From an uncultured Gemmatimonadales bacterium (GTDB lineage Bacteria; Gemmatimonadota; Gemmatimonadetes; Longimicrobiales; RSA9): a stretch of DNA of 64,000 nt. Position 1 is the first letter of the stretch; every line of letters begins with the position of its first letter. Shown here piece by piece: positions 18,077 to 29,442 of the stretch. The stretch spans positions 896,001-960,000 of the forward strand of contig CAWCUS010000006.1 in the NCBI GenBank assembly GCA_963798845.1, in the 5' to 3' direction. The notes beneath the pieces were generated by a model. It was not told the origin of the DNA, searched no databases, and saw nothing but the letters and a program-made list of their open reading frames with translations. A program made the position numbers and the translations under genes.

Positions 18077-20125
18077 TTACGGGACGGTTCGCCGCAGCTC
18101 TTCCAGCCACGGCCGGGCCGACGCGTCGCTGGGCGCGCGCCAGTCACCCCGCGGGGAAAGGCTGCCGCCGGACCCGACCTTGGGACCGTTGGGCATGGCG
18201 GAGCGCTTGAACTGGCTGATCTCGAAGAACCGGTGCAGGAACACCTCGAGCCACTTCTTTATGGTGGGGAGGTCGTACTCGTGCCGGTGCTCCGGGGGGA
18301 TTCCGTCCGGCCAGCCACCCTGGTCGCGATCGCCCCATGCCGCGAGGGCGAGGAACGCCACCTTGCTCGGGCGGAATCCGTAGCGCGAGACGAAGTACAG
18401 GTGGAAGTCCTGCAGCTCGTACGGGCCGACCTGCTCCTCGGTGCTCTGGGCCGGCCCGTCGTGGCCGGCCGCTCCCGGAACGAGCTCGGGGGAGATCTCG
18501 GTGTTGAGGATGGCGCTGAGTGTGGCGTTGGTCTCGTCGTCGAACTGGCCGCTCGCCGCCACCCAGCGGATGAGGTACTGGATCAGCGTCTTGGGGACCG
18601 AGGCGTTGACGTTGTAGTGCGACATCTGGTCCCCGACGCCGTACGTGGTCCAGCCCAACGCCGCCTCGCTCAGATCGCCGGTGCCCACCACCAGCGCGTC
18701 GCGGTAGTTGGCCAGGCGGAAGAGGTGCGACGTGCGTTCGCCCGCCTGCACATTCTCGAACGTGACGTCGTAGACCTCCTCGCCGTCGGCAAACGGATGG
18801 CCCAGGTCGGACAGCATCTGGCGGGCTGAAGGGCGGATGTCGATCTCCTCCGCCGTCACGCCCAGCGACCGCATCAGCTGCCAGGCGTTGGACCTGGTGG
18901 TGTCGCTGGTCGCGAACCCCGGCATGGTGAACGCCAGGATGTTCTCCCGCGGGAGGCCCAGGCGGTCCATGGCCCGGGCGCAGACGATGAGCGCCTGTGT
19001 GGAATCGAGACCGCCCGAGACGCCGATCACCACTTTCCGGATCCCGGTGGCCCGGAGCCGCTGCATCAGACCGTGCACCTGGATGTTGTACGCCTCGTAG
19101 CAGCGGGCGTCGCGCTCCCGGGCCTCGCTCGGCACGTAGGGGAAGCGGTCGAGCGGACGGTGCAGGGGGATGGACCCGGAGGGCGCACCAAAGGTGAACG
19201 GGACGCGCCGGATCCGCTGAACGCCCTCGAGGTGGTCTCCCACGGCGTCGTTGAAGGTGGTCAGCCGCATCCGGTCCTGCGCCAGCCGCTCCAGGTCCAG
19301 GTCGGCGAACACCACCTGCTCTTCGTCGCTGAAACGCTCGCCTTCCGCCAGCAGCTCGTTGTTCTCGTAGATGAGCGCGTGGCCGTCCCACGCCAGGTCC
19401 GTCGTGGACTCGCCCGGGCCCGCCGCGGCGTACATGTACGCGGACACGCATTTCCCCGACTGGGCGGCGCACAGGTCCTTCCGATACTTCGCCTTGCCGA
19501 TGATGATGTTGCTCGCCGACAGGTTCCCGATCACGGTGGCGCCGGCGAGCGCCGCGTACGTGCTGGGCGGCACGGGCGCCCACAGGTCCTCGCAGATCTC
19601 GACGTGCAGAGACAGCCCGGTGACGTCGTCGGCGTCGAAGATGAGGTCGCGGCCGAAGGGGACCCGCTCTCCCAGCACCCTGACCTCGCTGGCCACCGCG
19701 TCGCGGCCCGACGTGAACTGGCGCTTCTCGTAGAACTCGCGGTAGTTCGGGATGTAGGTCTTCGGCACGATCCCGAGGAGCCGGCCCCTGTGCACCACGA
19801 GCGCGCAGTTGAAGAGCTTCCCCTCGAAGCGGAGGGGGATCCCCACCAGGAGCACCGGGGACAGCTCGGCGCTCGCTTCCACCAGTCGCCCCGCCGCGTC
19901 CAGCGCCGCGTCCAGGAGCGCGTCCTGCTGGAACAGGTCATCGTTCGAATACGCCGTCAGTCCCAGCTCGGGGAAGAGGGCGATCCCCGCGTGCAGCCCG
20001 TGCGCCCGCCGCGCCAGCTCGAGCGTGCGCTCCAGGTTGAATGCCGGATCCGCTATCCGCACGTGCGGGATGCAGACGGCCGCCCGGACGTAGCCGTGAC
20101 TGTAGATGTTGTCGAAGCCTGGCAT
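18077..20125 (-). CDS. nadE: Glutamine-dependent NAD+ synthetase
   Basis: Nitrilase domain ([26 protein letters not shown]) plus [37 protein letters not shown]. Confidence 0.95.
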   Translation of the reverse strand: MPGFDNIYSHGYVRAAVCIPHVRIADPAFNLERTLELARRAHGLHAGIALFPELGLTAYSNDDLFQQDALLDAALDAAGRLVEASAELSPVLLVGIPLRFEGKLFNCALVVHRGRLLGIVPKTYIPNYREFYEKRQFTSGRDAVASEVRVLGERVPFGRDLIFDADDVTGLSLHVEICEDLWAPVPPSTYAALAGATVIGNLSASNIIIGKAKYRKDLCAAQSGKCVSAYMYAAAGPGESTTDLAWDGHALIYENNELLAEGERFSDEEQVVFADLDLERLAQDRMRLTTFNDAVGDHLEGVQRIRRVPFTFGAPSGSIPLHRPLDRFPYVPSEARERDARCYEAYNIQVHGLMQRLRATGIRKVVIGVSGGLDSTQALIVCARAMDRLGLPRENILAFTMPGFATSDTTRSNAWQLMRSLGVTAEEIDIRPSARQMLSDLGHPFADGEEVYDVTFENVQAGERTSHLFRLANYRDALVVGTGDLSEAALGWTTYGVGDQMSHYNVNASVPKTLIQYLIRWVAASGQFDDETNATLSAILNTEISPELVPGAAGHDGPAQSTEEQVGPYELQDFHLYFVSRYGFRPSKVAFLALAAWGDRDQGGWPDGIPPEHRHEYDLPTIKKWLEVFLHRFFEISQFKRSAMPNGPKVGSGGSLSPRGDWRAPSDASARPWLEELRRTVP

Positions 20126-20201
20126 CGTCGCCTCCCGATCAGCGGCGTCTAACGCGAGGCGCGGAGACAGCATTCTCACGCGAAGGCGCGGAGAGCGCGC
20201 C

Positions 20202-22457
20202 TCACTCCCTGTTGAGGTCGTCCGGGATGCAGCTCAGCGCGATGTACTCGCACAGCTCGTTCGTGTACACCTCGGTCATGGTGACGTAGCTCGCCATGTC
20301 GAACGCCGCTCCGTGGGCGCCCGGGGGGAAGAAGCGCAGGTCCGCGTCCTTCCCCGCCTTCGCGAACGCGGTGAGCATCTGCATGGTGTTCTGCGGGTGC
20401 ACGTTCTCGTCCATTCCGGAGTGCACCAGGAGGAGGTGCCCCTCGAGCTGGTCCGCACGCGGGATCAGCGACGTCCTCTCGTATCCCTCCTCGTTGTCCG
20501 CCAGCAGCCCCATGTAGCGCTCGGTGTAGATCGAATCGTACAGGCGCCAGTCGGTGACCGGCGAGTTGGAGAGCCCGAGAGCGAAGACATCCGGGTGGCG
20601 GAGCAGGGTGGCCAGCGTCATGAAGCCGCCGTAGCTCGTACCCTGAATCGCCATGCGGCTCCCGTCCACGTACGGCTGCGCGGCGAGCCAGCGGCCCACT
20701 TCGGCGAAGTCGTTCGCTTCCCACTTGCCGAGCTCGCCGTAGACGACCTCCATGAAGTCACGGCCGTAGTTGCCCGAGCCGCGGTTGTTGAGCCCCACCA
20801 CAATGTATCCGTGCTGCGCCAGGTACTGCTGCCAGCCGTTGCTGGTCCAGGCGTCGTACACCTGCTGCGAGCCAGGACCCCCGTAGATGGACAGCAGCAC
20901 CGGGTATTTCTTCGACGCGTCGAAGTCCGGTGGCTTGATCATCGAGCCGTCCAGCTTCTGTCCGTCGGAGGTCGTGAAGGTGAACAGCTCCAGCGGCGAG
21001 TACGCGTGCGACGACACGTACTCGCGCACGCTCGCGTTGTCTTCCAGCTTCCGCACCATCTTCCCGCCGCCCGCCGCAGTCCACAGCTCGATCTGCCGCG
21101 GGGTCTCCGTGTTCGACCAGCGGTCCAGGAAATAGGCAGCGTTCGGACCCATGTCGATGTTGTGTGTGCCTTCCGCCTTCGTGATCCGCCGCTCGTTCCC
21201 GCCGTCGAACCGGATCGCGTACAGCTGGCGCTGCAGCGGGCTCGCCTCCGTCGACGTGTAGTAGATCGTCCTGGAGGCCGGGTCGATCCCCTCCACTCTC
21301 GTCACCACCCACGAGCCCTTCGTGACCTGGTTCAGGAGCTTCCCGTCGTAGCTGTAGCGGTACAGGTGGTTGTAGCCGTCGCGGTCGCTCACCCAGAAGA
21401 ACTCGCGCACGCCCTTCGGGAAGTAGAAGTAGTCATCCACCTGGGCGAAAAAGTCGTACACGTCGATCCATGCGTCCGACTTCTCCTCCATCACCATCCG
21501 CCGCTCCCCCGTACGAACGTCGAAGAAGAAGAGCTGCAGGTGGTTCTGCGCCCGGTTCAGCACCACCACAGCCAGCGTGTTCGGGTCGCTCGTCCAGTAG
21601 ATGCGCGGGATGTAATGGTCCTCGGCCACCCCCACGTCCATCCAACGCTGCTCCCCCGTGGCCACGTCCAGCACGCCGATCTTCACCTGCGGGTTGTGCG
21701 CGCCCACCTTCGGGTAGTTGATCCTGAACCAGCTCGGGTATTCGCCCGACCAGTCCGTCAGCTGGATCGCCGGAACGCCGCGCTCGTCCGTCTGCCAGAA
21801 CGCGATCCGCTTGCTGTCCGGGCTCCACTTCCATGCCTGCGCGAACCCGAATTCCTCCTCGTACACCCAGTCGAACACCCCGTTGAACACGCTGTCCCCG
21901 TCCACGGCGGTCAGCTGCCTCGACGTGTCCGCCTCCATGTCCCGAACGTAGATGTTCCCGCCCCGCTCGAACCCCAGCAGGCTGCCATCCGGAGAAAGAT
22001 CCGCCGTCCGCGCATCCTTGACGCCGAGCCGGAGCGCGCCGCCCGACAGCCTGTAGATGTAGAAATCCGCAAGCCCGGACCGCCGGTAGATCGGCCGGAA
22101 ATTGGTCTGGAAGACCAGGTGCCTCGAGTCCTGCGAGATCTGGAAGCTCCGGTAGCTGATCGGCTCCGCCGTGCCGGGCAGCGTCAGCTTGCGGGGATCG
22201 AACAGCTCCTCGTCGCTCAGCGCCTTCGGGTCGTACACCCGTACCTCCGGCGTACCGCCCTCGGCTCGCCTCGTGAACACGAAGCGGTTCCCGCTGTCGA
22301 TCCAGTTGAGGCTCTGCGGGCCGCCCGCGCCCGACAGCCGACTCGAGACCATCAGCGCTTCCCGCACGCTCCCGATCTGCTCCTGCCCCTGTGCACTCGT
22401 GCCTCCCGCCACCACGAGCAGCCCGAGACCCAGCGCCAGCCAGCTCTTCCTCACCAT
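20202..22457 (-). CDS. Dipeptidyl-peptidase IV-like S9 peptidase
   Basis: Signal peptide; [30 protein letters not shown] nucleophile, [21 protein letters not shown]. Confidence 0.93.
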   Translation of the reverse strand: MVRKSWLALGLGLLVVAGGTSAQGQEQIGSVREALMVSSRLSGAGGPQSLNWIDSGNRFVFTRRAEGGTPEVRVYDPKALSDEELFDPRKLTLPGTAEPISYRSFQISQDSRHLVFQTNFRPIYRRSGLADFYIYRLSGGALRLGVKDARTADLSPDGSLLGFERGGNIYVRDMEADTSRQLTAVDGDSVFNGVFDWVYEEEFGFAQAWKWSPDSKRIAFWQTDERGVPAIQLTDWSGEYPSWFRINYPKVGAHNPQVKIGVLDVATGEQRWMDVGVAEDHYIPRIYWTSDPNTLAVVVLNRAQNHLQLFFFDVRTGERRMVMEEKSDAWIDVYDFFAQVDDYFYFPKGVREFFWVSDRDGYNHLYRYSYDGKLLNQVTKGSWVVTRVEGIDPASRTIYYTSTEASPLQRQLYAIRFDGGNERRITKAEGTHNIDMGPNAAYFLDRWSNTETPRQIELWTAAGGGKMVRKLEDNASVREYVSSHAYSPLELFTFTTSDGQKLDGSMIKPPDFDASKKYPVLLSIYGGPGSQQVYDAWTSNGWQQYLAQHGYIVVGLNNRGSGNYGRDFMEVVYGELGKWEANDFAEVGRWLAAQPYVDGSRMAIQGTSYGGFMTLATLLRHPDVFALGLSNSPVTDWRLYDSIYTERYMGLLADNEEGYERTSLIPRADQLEGHLLLVHSGMDENVHPQNTMQMLTAFAKAGKDADLRFFPPGAHGAAFDMASYVTMTEVYTNELCEYIALSCIPDDLNRE

Positions 22458-22671
22458 GCGTCCTCCCGCCGTGTGGCCCCGCTTCGTCGCCGCTCGCCGG
22501 CGGACGACCTCGCTCGCGAGCGGCCCCGCACGCCCGCACGAGCTTCGCCCGGCAACATATCGGCGATCCCCAGCCGCCGCACGGGGACGCCTCGCCCGAC
22601 CGTCACCGCATGGCCGCTGCTCTGCGCGTCGCCACCGGCCCTCCCGGTTCCCGCTGCCGGTGCGCCGGGTA

Positions 22672-22713
22672 TTGACGGACACGGAGGTCCTGAATAGTGT
22701 TAGGCGAGCCTAA
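22672..22713 (+). promoter_or_regulatory. Sigma70 promoter (TTGACG-17-TAGTGT) overlapped by a DtxR/MntR-type operator TTAGGCGAGCCTAA
   Basis: -35 at 22672-22677, -10 at 22695-22700; perfect 6-2-6 palindrome at 22700-22713 matching the TTAGG..CCTAA core of DtxR/IdeR boxes; directly upstream of the DtxR-family gene. Confidence 0.8.
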
Positions 22714-22734
22714 AAATTGTTGGGAGGAGGGATT

Positions 22735-23808
22735 GTGCCGCCTGATCCGGGGTTGAGTCTGCTGGTGTTCGGCGTGGTGTCGCTGGTGCTGGGGGTGGCG
22801 TTCTGGCCGCGCTCGGGGCTGGTGCCGCGCCTGTCGCGCATGCGGCGGGAGAGCGAGCGGGTGCGTCTGGAGGACGGCCTCAAGCACCTGCTGGAGTGCG
22901 AGCGGACGGGGCGGGCGTGCACGCTGGAGAACCTGGCGGGGCGGCTGGAGGTCACGCGGGGGGATGCGTCGGACGTGCTGACCCGGCTGGCGCAGCGGGG
23001 CCTGGCGGAGTCGCGGGTGTCCGGGTTCGGACTGACGGAGGATGGTCGGGCGTACGCGTTGCGGATCGTGCGGACGCATCGGCTGTGGGAGCGGTATCTG
23101 GCGGATCGGACGGGAGTGCCGCCGGGGGAGTGGCACGCTGAAGCGGAGCGGGTGGAGCACGTGATGACGGAGGAGGAGGCGGATCGGCTGGCATCGCGGC
23201 TCGGGCACCCGCGCTACGATCCGCACGGCGATCCGATCCCTACGGCCACGGGGGAGATCCCGGCGCCGGAAGGAATCCCGCTGACGCGGGTGGAGGAGGG
23301 GCGGGCGGTGGTGGTGCGGCACGTGGAAGACGAGCCGCCGGAGGTATACTCCCGACTGGTCGCAGCCGGCCTCGCGCCGGGCGCGGCGGTCGAGGTCGTG
23401 CGGGCAGTGGATGGGCGCGGGGAGGGCGGGATGGTGGCGCTGCGTGCGAACGGGGAGGAGCGGGAGATCCGGGCGGTGGATGCGGCGAACGTGACGGTGG
23501 AGATCCTGCCTCCGGGCGCGGGCGCGCCATCGGGCGGGCGAACCCTTGCGGAGGTGGCGCCGGGTGAGTGGGTGCGGGCGACGGGGATCTCGCCGTCCTG
23601 CCAGGGACCGCAGCGGCGTCGTCTGCTGGACCTCGGGGTGGTACCCGGAACGGTGATCGTTCCGGAGCTGGTGAGCACGTCGGGCGACCCGGTGGCGTAC
23701 CGGGTGCGCGGCGCGCTGATCGCACTGCGGCGTGAGCAGGCGGCGTGGATCGGGGTAGAGCCCGCGGCGGCGGAGGAGGCGGCACCGGAGCTGGAGGAAG
23801 CGAGCTGA
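22735..23808 (+). CDS. DtxR/MntR-family metal-dependent regulator with N-terminal TM helix and two C-terminal FeoA/SH3-like domains
   Basis: [71 protein letters not shown] (FeoA). Confidence 0.9.
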   Translation: MPPDPGLSLLVFGVVSLVLGVAFWPRSGLVPRLSRMRRESERVRLEDGLKHLLECERTGRACTLENLAGRLEVTRGDASDVLTRLAQRGLAESRVSGFGLTEDGRAYALRIVRTHRLWERYLADRTGVPPGEWHAEAERVEHVMTEEEADRLASRLGHPRYDPHGDPIPTATGEIPAPEGIPLTRVEEGRAVVVRHVEDEPPEVYSRLVAAGLAPGAAVEVVRAVDGRGEGGMVALRANGEEREIRAVDAANVTVEILPPGAGAPSGGRTLAEVAPGEWVRATGISPSCQGPQRRRLLDLGVVPGTVIVPELVSTSGDPVAYRVRGALIALRREQAAWIGVEPAAAEEAAPELEEAS

Positions 23809-26045
23809 TGGCGACGAGGCTGGAGACGGAAGCGGGGCGGCCGGCGAGCGCGGGTCACCGTCGTCAGCAGCTCGTGCGTCTGGGCTTGAGCCCGGACCGG
23901 TGGGATTACCTGGTGGCCCTGGCGGGGAACCCGAACGTGGGGAAGACGACGGTCTTCAACGCGCTGACGGGGCTGCGGCAGCACACCGGGAACTGGCCCG
24001 GTAAGACTGTCGCGCGGGCCGAGGGCGCATTCGCGCATCAGGGGAAGCGGGTGAAGGTGGTGGACCTGCCGGGCACCTATTCGCTGCAGGCGGGCAGCTC
24101 GGACGAGGAGGTGGCGCGGGATTTCATCGTGTTCGGGCGCCCGGACGTGACCGTTGTGGTGGTGGACGCCACGCACCTGGAGCGGAACCTCAACCTGGTG
24201 CTCCAGGTGCTGGAGATCACGGATCGGGTCGTGGTGTGCCTGAACCTGGTGGACGAGGCGAAGCGCCACGGGATGCTCATCGACCCGGCGCGCCTGGAGA
24301 AGGAGCTGGGGGTACCCGTCGTCGCCGCCGTGGCGCGCAGGAACGAGGGGATCGACGAGCTTCTGGGCGTCATCGAGGAAGTGGCGTCCGGGACGCGCGT
24401 CACGTCGCCGTTCCGGCTGACGACGCACGCGCCGGAGGTGGAGGAGGCGGTGGCGGAGCTGGTCCCGGCGATCCAGCACGCGTACCCGGGTGTGGCCAAC
24501 GCGCGCTGGGTGGCGCTCCGGCTGCTCAACGCCGACGACGCGGTGCAGCAGGCCGTGCGTGATGGCGAGCTGGGCACCCTGGGTCAGCCGGAGCCCCGGG
24601 AGGGACAGGAGGCCTCGGGCGCGCCGGACGGAGCAGCGATCGAGGGGATCCTGGCTACCGCGTCGCGGCTGCGGTGGAAGCTTCGCTCGGATTTCCACGA
24701 TGCGCTGATGGAACGACTGTACGGCGCGGCCGAGCGGATCGCGCGCGCGTCGCAGACCCGCGGGATCAAGCGTGCGGGATACGAGCTGGACCGGAAGCTG
24801 GACGCGCTGCTCACCAGCCGCCTTTTCGGTTTCCCGATCATGCTGGCCGTGCTGGCCCTGGTTTTCTGGATCACGATCTCGGGGGCCAACATCCCGTCGC
24901 AGTTCCTGTCGAAGGTGCTCATCCACGACGCCGTGCCGTGGCTGCACGGGCTGGCGGGGCTCGTGGGCACCCCCTGGTGGCTCAGCGGGTTCCTGATCGA
25001 CGGTGTGTATCTCGCCACCGCGTGGGTGGTGAGCGTGATGCTCCCGCCCATGGCCATCTTCTTCCCGCTCTTCACGCTGCTGGAGGATTTCGGCTACCTG
25101 CCCAGGGTGGCGTTCAACCTCGACTCCCTCTTCAGGAAGGCCGGCGCCCACGGGAAGCAGGCGCTCACCATGGCCATGGGCTTCGGGTGCAACGCCGCGG
25201 GCGTCGTGGCGACGCGCGTCATCGACAGCCCTCGCGAGCGGCTGATCGCCATCATCACCAACAATTTCTCACTCTGCAACGGCCGCTGGCCCACGCAGAT
25301 CCTGATCGCGACCATCTTCATCGGCGCGCTCGCGCCTGCCGCCTGGGCGGGCATCATCTCGGCCACCGCCGTCGTGGCAATCGCGCTGCTGGGCGTGATG
25401 TTCATGTTCTTCTCGTCGTGGCTCCTGTCCAACACCGTGCTGCGCGGGGAAGCGACGACGTTCAGCCTCGAGCTGCCGCCGTACCGGCCGCCGCGGATCC
25501 TCCAGACGCTCTACACCTCCGTCATCGATCGCACCCTCATCGTGCTCTGGCGGGCCGTGGTCTTCGCCATGCCCGCGGGCGCCGTGATCTGGCTCATCGC
25601 CAACATCCACGCAGGTGGGACGAGCCTGGCCGAATACGCGATCGACGCGCTCCATCCGGTGGGCATTCTGATCGGACTGAACGGCGTGGTGCTGCTGGCC
25701 TACGTGGTGGCGATCCCCGCCAACGAGATCGTCATTCCGACCGTGCTCATGCTCACCGTGCTCACCGCCGGAATCAGCGGGGCGGGGCAGGGGACCGGCG
25801 TGATGTTCGACCCCGGGTCGAGCATGGCCATCGGCACCCTTCTCCACGCCGGCGGCTGGACCGTCCTGACCGGCGTCTGCCTGATGCTGTTCAGTCTGCT
25901 CCACAACCCGTGCTCCACGACCATCTACACGATCTACCGGGAGACGGGCAGCGCCAAGTGGACGGCCGTGGCGACGTTCATGCCCCTCGTCATGGGCTTC
26001 GTGGTCTGCTTCCTGGTGGCGCAGGTGTGGCGCCTGGCGGGCTGA
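23808..26045 (+). CDS. feoB: Ferrous iron (or Mn) transporter B
   Basis: [56 protein letters not shown]; translationally coupled (TGATG). Confidence 0.95.
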   Translation: MATRLETEAGRPASAGHRRQQLVRLGLSPDRWDYLVALAGNPNVGKTTVFNALTGLRQHTGNWPGKTVARAEGAFAHQGKRVKVVDLPGTYSLQAGSSDEEVARDFIVFGRPDVTVVVVDATHLERNLNLVLQVLEITDRVVVCLNLVDEAKRHGMLIDPARLEKELGVPVVAAVARRNEGIDELLGVIEEVASGTRVTSPFRLTTHAPEVEEAVAELVPAIQHAYPGVANARWVALRLLNADDAVQQAVRDGELGTLGQPEPREGQEASGAPDGAAIEGILATASRLRWKLRSDFHDALMERLYGAAERIARASQTRGIKRAGYELDRKLDALLTSRLFGFPIMLAVLALVFWITISGANIPSQFLSKVLIHDAVPWLHGLAGLVGTPWWLSGFLIDGVYLATAWVVSVMLPPMAIFFPLFTLLEDFGYLPRVAFNLDSLFRKAGAHGKQALTMAMGFGCNAAGVVATRVIDSPRERLIAIITNNFSLCNGRWPTQILIATIFIGALAPAAWAGIISATAVVAIALLGVMFMFFSSWLLSNTVLRGEATTFSLELPPYRPPRILQTLYTSVIDRTLIVLWRAVVFAMPAGAVIWLIANIHAGGTSLAEYAIDALHPVGILIGLNGVVLLAYVVAIPANEIVIPTVLMLTVLTAGISGAGQGTGVMFDPGSSMAIGTLLHAGGWTVLTGVCLMLFSLLHNPCSTTIYTIYRETGSAKWTAVATFMPLVMGFVVCFLVAQVWRLAG

Positions 26046-26046
26046 C

Positions 26047-26249
26047 CCCCTCTGCGAGGCCGAAGGCCGAGCCCTCCTGCGAGGCCGAAGGCCCGAGCCC
26101 TCCTGCGAGGCCGAAGGCCCGAGCCCCTCTGCGAGGCCGAAGGCCGAGCCCCTCTGCGAGGCCGAAGGCCGAGCCCCTCTGCGAGGCCGAAGGCCGAGCC
26201 CCTCTGCGAGGCCGAAGGCCGAGCCCCTCTGCGAGGCCGCCAGGCCGAG
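26047..26249 (+). repeat. Tandem array of 8 copies of a 25-26 bp unit CCCCTCTGCGAGGCCGAAGGCCGAG
   Basis: Units counted directly: five exact 25-mers and three 26-bp variants; no spacers; starts 1 bp after the feoB stop. Confidence 0.95.
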
Positions 26250-26326
26250 CCCCCCTGGCACGAATTATCCAACAACCCCCACCCACACAACCACTTCCCA
26301 CCTCACACGAAAAGGAGCACGCTCGC

Positions 26327-26896
26327 ATGGCCACCATGGATCACGAGCATGTGAACGGGATGTTGCGGGGCGCGGTGGGTAGCCTGGCCGGTGTCGCGGC
26401 GATGGGACTGTTCTTCCGCGCGGCGGCGAAGCTCAGCGGTGGGTCCGACGGGGAGGATCCAGCGGCGTCGGACGAGGGGCCGGTGGAGCGGATCCACGCC
26501 CTCGACGACATCTCCGCAGTGGGGCAGACGGCACGCGAGGACGAGAACGCCACCGAGGCGGTGGGGCGGATCGGATATGACGCGGTGACGGGGCACGAGC
26601 CAGACGAGGAAACGCGCCACAGGCTGGGCCAGGCGGTGCACTGGGGATATGGCGTGCTCCTGGGCGGACTGTATGGCGCCCTGCGCCCGGAAGCGGGGCT
26701 CCCCGATATCGCCGGTGGTCTCGGCTACGGCACGGCCGCGTGGGTGCTCGGCGACGAGGTGATGGTGCCGCTGCTGGGGCTGTCCGAGGGTCCGACGGCC
26801 CACCCGTGGCAGGAGCACGCAACGGCGCTCGGAGCGCACCTGGTCTACGGCACGATCACGGCGGCGGCGACCCAGGCGTTGCGGCGCATCATGTGA
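26327..26896 (+). CDS. DUF1440-like membrane protein
   Basis: AAGGAG RBS; GAVGSLAGVAAM, VHWGYG, GDEVMVPLLGLS, AHLVYG. Confidence 0.75.
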   Translation: MATMDHEHVNGMLRGAVGSLAGVAAMGLFFRAAAKLSGGSDGEDPAASDEGPVERIHALDDISAVGQTAREDENATEAVGRIGYDAVTGHEPDEETRHRLGQAVHWGYGVLLGGLYGALRPEAGLPDIAGGLGYGTAAWVLGDEVMVPLLGLSEGPTAHPWQEHATALGAHLVYGTITAAATQALRRIM

Positions 26897-27441
26897 CGGC
26901 CGTGCACCCGATCCACGACCTCCCTCCCGGCGTGGACGTGCCCGCGCGCGTGAACGCCTACATCGAGATCCCGCGCGGTTCCCGGAACAAGTACGAGGTC
27001 GACAAGCCCACCGGGCTGCTGCGCTTCGACCGGCTCCTGTACAGCGCCGTCCATTACCCCGGCGACTACGGCTTCATACCGAGAACGCTGGCGGAGGACG
27101 GCGACCCGCTGGACGTGTTGATCCTGATCACGGAGCCGACGTTCCCGGGCTGTCTCATGGACGTGAGGCCGCTGGGAATGTTCGAGATGCAGGACGAGAA
27201 GGGTCGGGACAACAAGGTGCTGGCGGTCCCCGTCTCGGACCCGTTCATGGAGGAGTACCATGACCTGGACGACGTCCCGGCGCACACGCTGCGGGAGATC
27301 GACCACTTCTTCGCGGTCTACAAGGAGCTCGAGGGCAAGGAGACCACCACGGGCGGGTGGCACGGCTGCGAAGCCGCGTTCCACGCCATCCGGAGCGCCA
27401 TCCAGCGTTACGATCGGGACGGCGGCCAGAGTCGGCGGTGA
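26893..27441 (+). CDS. ppa: Inorganic pyrophosphatase (family I)
   Basis: IEIPRGSRNKYE, DRLLYS, YPGDYGFIPRT, DGDPLDVL, DEKGRDNK, YKELE. Confidence 0.95.
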   Translation: MTAVHPIHDLPPGVDVPARVNAYIEIPRGSRNKYEVDKPTGLLRFDRLLYSAVHYPGDYGFIPRTLAEDGDPLDVLILITEPTFPGCLMDVRPLGMFEMQDEKGRDNKVLAVPVSDPFMEEYHDLDDVPAHTLREIDHFFAVYKELEGKETTTGGWHGCEAAFHAIRSAIQRYDRDGGQSRR

Positions 27442-27484
27442 CCCCGGATCCGCAGCGGACGGCGTATCGCCGGCCGCGTCGTCG

Positions 27485-27937
27485 TCAGGCTCCCGAGGAC
27501 ACCGGGTTCACCACGTCCACCTCGACGTCGATGTGGATGCCCTGGCGAACGCTCGCGCTCACGATGCAGAAGTCCTCGAACACCTGAAGGCAGCGGCCGA
27601 GACGCTCCTGCTGCTCTGGAGGCACCGCCGTGACCAGCCGCGCCGCGATGTTCTCCACGCGCAGTTTGCCCTTCTCGTTGCGCACCAGGCGGCCCGTGAC
27701 CTCCGTGCGCATGCCCGCCACCTCCACCCTCGCCTTCTTCAGGCAGAAGAGCAGGCTGGCGCTCAGGCAGTTCCCCACCGCGGCCGCAAGAACGCGCGAC
27801 GCGTTCGGGCCTTCCCCTTCGCCGAGCGGGGCCGGCTCGTCGAAGAGGAGGTTCGGCATCTTCTCCCCGTCGAACTCGGTGTCGAACCTGAACCCGTCCT
27901 CGAGGCTCAAGGTCAGGGTGAATTCCTTCTCGTCCAT
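27485..27937 (-). CDS. OsmC-family protein
   Basis: DEPAPLGEGEGPNASRVLAAAVGNCLSASLLFC ... FEDFCIVSASVRQGI. Confidence 0.88.
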   Translation of the reverse strand: MDEKEFTLTLSLEDGFRFDTEFDGEKMPNLLFDEPAPLGEGEGPNASRVLAAAVGNCLSASLLFCLKKARVEVAGMRTEVTGRLVRNEKGKLRVENIAARLVTAVPPEQQERLGRCLQVFEDFCIVSASVRQGIHIDVEVDVVNPVSSGA

Positions 27938-28018
27938 GGCCGCGCTCCGGATTGGGGGTGGTGTATACGCTGAGCGTAATCGCCGCCGCCCCGCCCCGTC
28001 TGTGGGGGAATCCTTGAT

Positions 28019-28918
28019 TCAGCGGTTCTCGATCTCTTCAAGCTCCTCGAGGGTGCGCGGCCATTCCTCCCCAAGAAGCCGCGACAGCGCCCGGTCGGCG
28101 AGGAGCTTCCCACCGGTCTGGCAGGCCGGGCAGTAGTTCGTCTCGTTGGACGCGTAGCGGATGCGCTGGACGGGGGAGCCGCAGCGCCGGCACGGCTCGC
28201 GATACCTGCCGTGGACCGCCATGGCGGGATGGAATGCCGACACCCGCGACGGGACTTCGCCTCCCGCGTCCGCCAGACGCCGCTCGATCCACTCCATCAG
28301 CTCCGAGCGCGTCGCCTCGTGGAGCGCTCTCATCTCCGCCGGGCTCAGATTGCGCGTGCGCTGCGTCGGGGACAGGCGCGCACGGTGGAGGATCTCGTCC
28401 GAGTGCGCGTTCCCGATCCCGTCCAGGATGCGGGGGTCGGTGAGCGCTCGCTTCAGGGTCCTGTTCTCCCGCGTGAGTGCGGCAGCGAAGTCGTCGAGCG
28501 AGGAGGACAGGGCGTCGATGCCGCCCCGGTCGAAGTCGTGCAGCGCCGCTTCGCCCCGCACCACGTGCAGCGAGGCGCGCTTCTTCGTGGCCGCTTCAAC
28601 CAGCAGGAGGGTGCCCTTCGGGAAGTCGAACGCGGCGTGTCCGACCTTTCCGGGCACTGCCGCCCCGCGCTCTCGCCAGCGAAAGCGGCCCGCGATCATC
28701 AGGTGAATGACCGCGAACAGCTCGTCCTCCAGCACCAGAACGATCCGCTTGCCGATCCGCCGCAGCTCCACCACCGACCGGCCGTCCAGCGACGACAGGG
28801 GCGGGTCGTACGTCCGGAGCAGAGAAGGCGACCGCACCCGCACCCGCTCCAGGCGCTCTCCCACCACACGGGGACGCAGCGTCTCCAGGTACGTCGCGAC
28901 CTCCGGCAGCTCCGGCAT
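28019..28918 (-). CDS. mutM: Formamidopyrimidine-DNA glycosylase (Fpg/Nei family)
   Basis: N-terminal MPELPEV, RRIGK, HLMIAG, GIGNAHSDEILH, zinc finger CRRC...CPACQ. Confidence 0.88.
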   Translation of the reverse strand: MPELPEVATYLETLRPRVVGERLERVRVRSPSLLRTYDPPLSSLDGRSVVELRRIGKRIVLVLEDELFAVIHLMIAGRFRWRERGAAVPGKVGHAAFDFPKGTLLLVEAATKKRASLHVVRGEAALHDFDRGGIDALSSSLDDFAAALTRENRTLKRALTDPRILDGIGNAHSDEILHRARLSPTQRTRNLSPAEMRALHEATRSELMEWIERRLADAGGEVPSRVSAFHPAMAVHGRYREPCRRCGSPVQRIRYASNETNYCPACQTGGKLLADRALSRLLGEEWPRTLEELEEIENR

Positions 28919-28921
28919 GCC

Positions 28922-29371
28922 TCAGTGGACCGCCCGGGCTCCCTGCCTGCCCATCACGCCTCCCAGCCGCTCCGCGTCCTGCACCACGTCCGACAGCCGC
29001 GTCTCCCGGAAGAACGCCGCCACCCGCGTCGCCGTGTCCCGCCAACGGTGGTGCACCGAGCACGGATTCTGATCGCTGCACTCCTTCCGCCCCAGAAGGC
29101 ACGTCCGCCGGGCCTCGATGTCCTGGAACGGCTCCACCACGTCGAACAGCGACACGGACTCCGTCGGCACCGCCAGCTCGAAACCGCCACGCGGCCCACG
29201 CACCGATCGCAGCACGCCCTCCTTCACCAGCGTATGCAGGATCTTCGACAGGTAGTTCCGCGGCACGTCCAGCGCCTCAGCGATCTCCTCCACCCGCACC
29301 CGCTCCGTCCCCTCGCGCTTGCCCAGGTAGATCATGGCCCTTAGCGCGTATTCTGCCGTGTTGGACAGCAT
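28922..29371 (-). CDS. Rrf2-family transcriptional regulator with likely Fe-S ligands
   Basis: SNTAEYALRA, YLSKIL, SVRGPRGGF, C-x6-C-x5-C-x2-H. Confidence 0.92.
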   Translation of the reverse strand: MLSNTAEYALRAMIYLGKREGTERVRVEEIAEALDVPRNYLSKILHTLVKEGVLRSVRGPRGGFELAVPTESVSLFDVVEPFQDIEARRTCLLGRKECSDQNPCSVHHRWRDTATRVAAFFRETRLSDVVQDAERLGGVMGRQGARAVH

Positions 29372-29393
29372 CGCCCCTCCCACGCCGGGGGGA

Positions 29394-29421
29394 TTTATCA
29401 TAAACTGGTGTCGTATAATAA
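29394..29421. promoter_or_regulatory. AT-rich divergent promoter/operator (TTTAT-C-ATAAA inverted repeat; TATAAT)
   Basis: Inverted repeat at 29394-29404 and a consensus TATAAT at 29414-29419, between the Rrf2 gene and a divergent membrane gene. Confidence 0.55.
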
Positions 29422-29442
29422 CCCACACGCCGATTCCTGACC

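Noticed and set aside
20106..22697. 863-aa plus-strand ORF
   Set aside because: Antisense to the S9 peptidase; no motifs.
26047..26249. CRISPR array
   Set aside because: Repeats are directly adjacent with no unique spacers, and there are no cas genes in the window.
26256..26270. Sigma54 promoter TGGCACGAATTATCC
   Set aside because: The -24 element is present but the -12 TTGC is absent.
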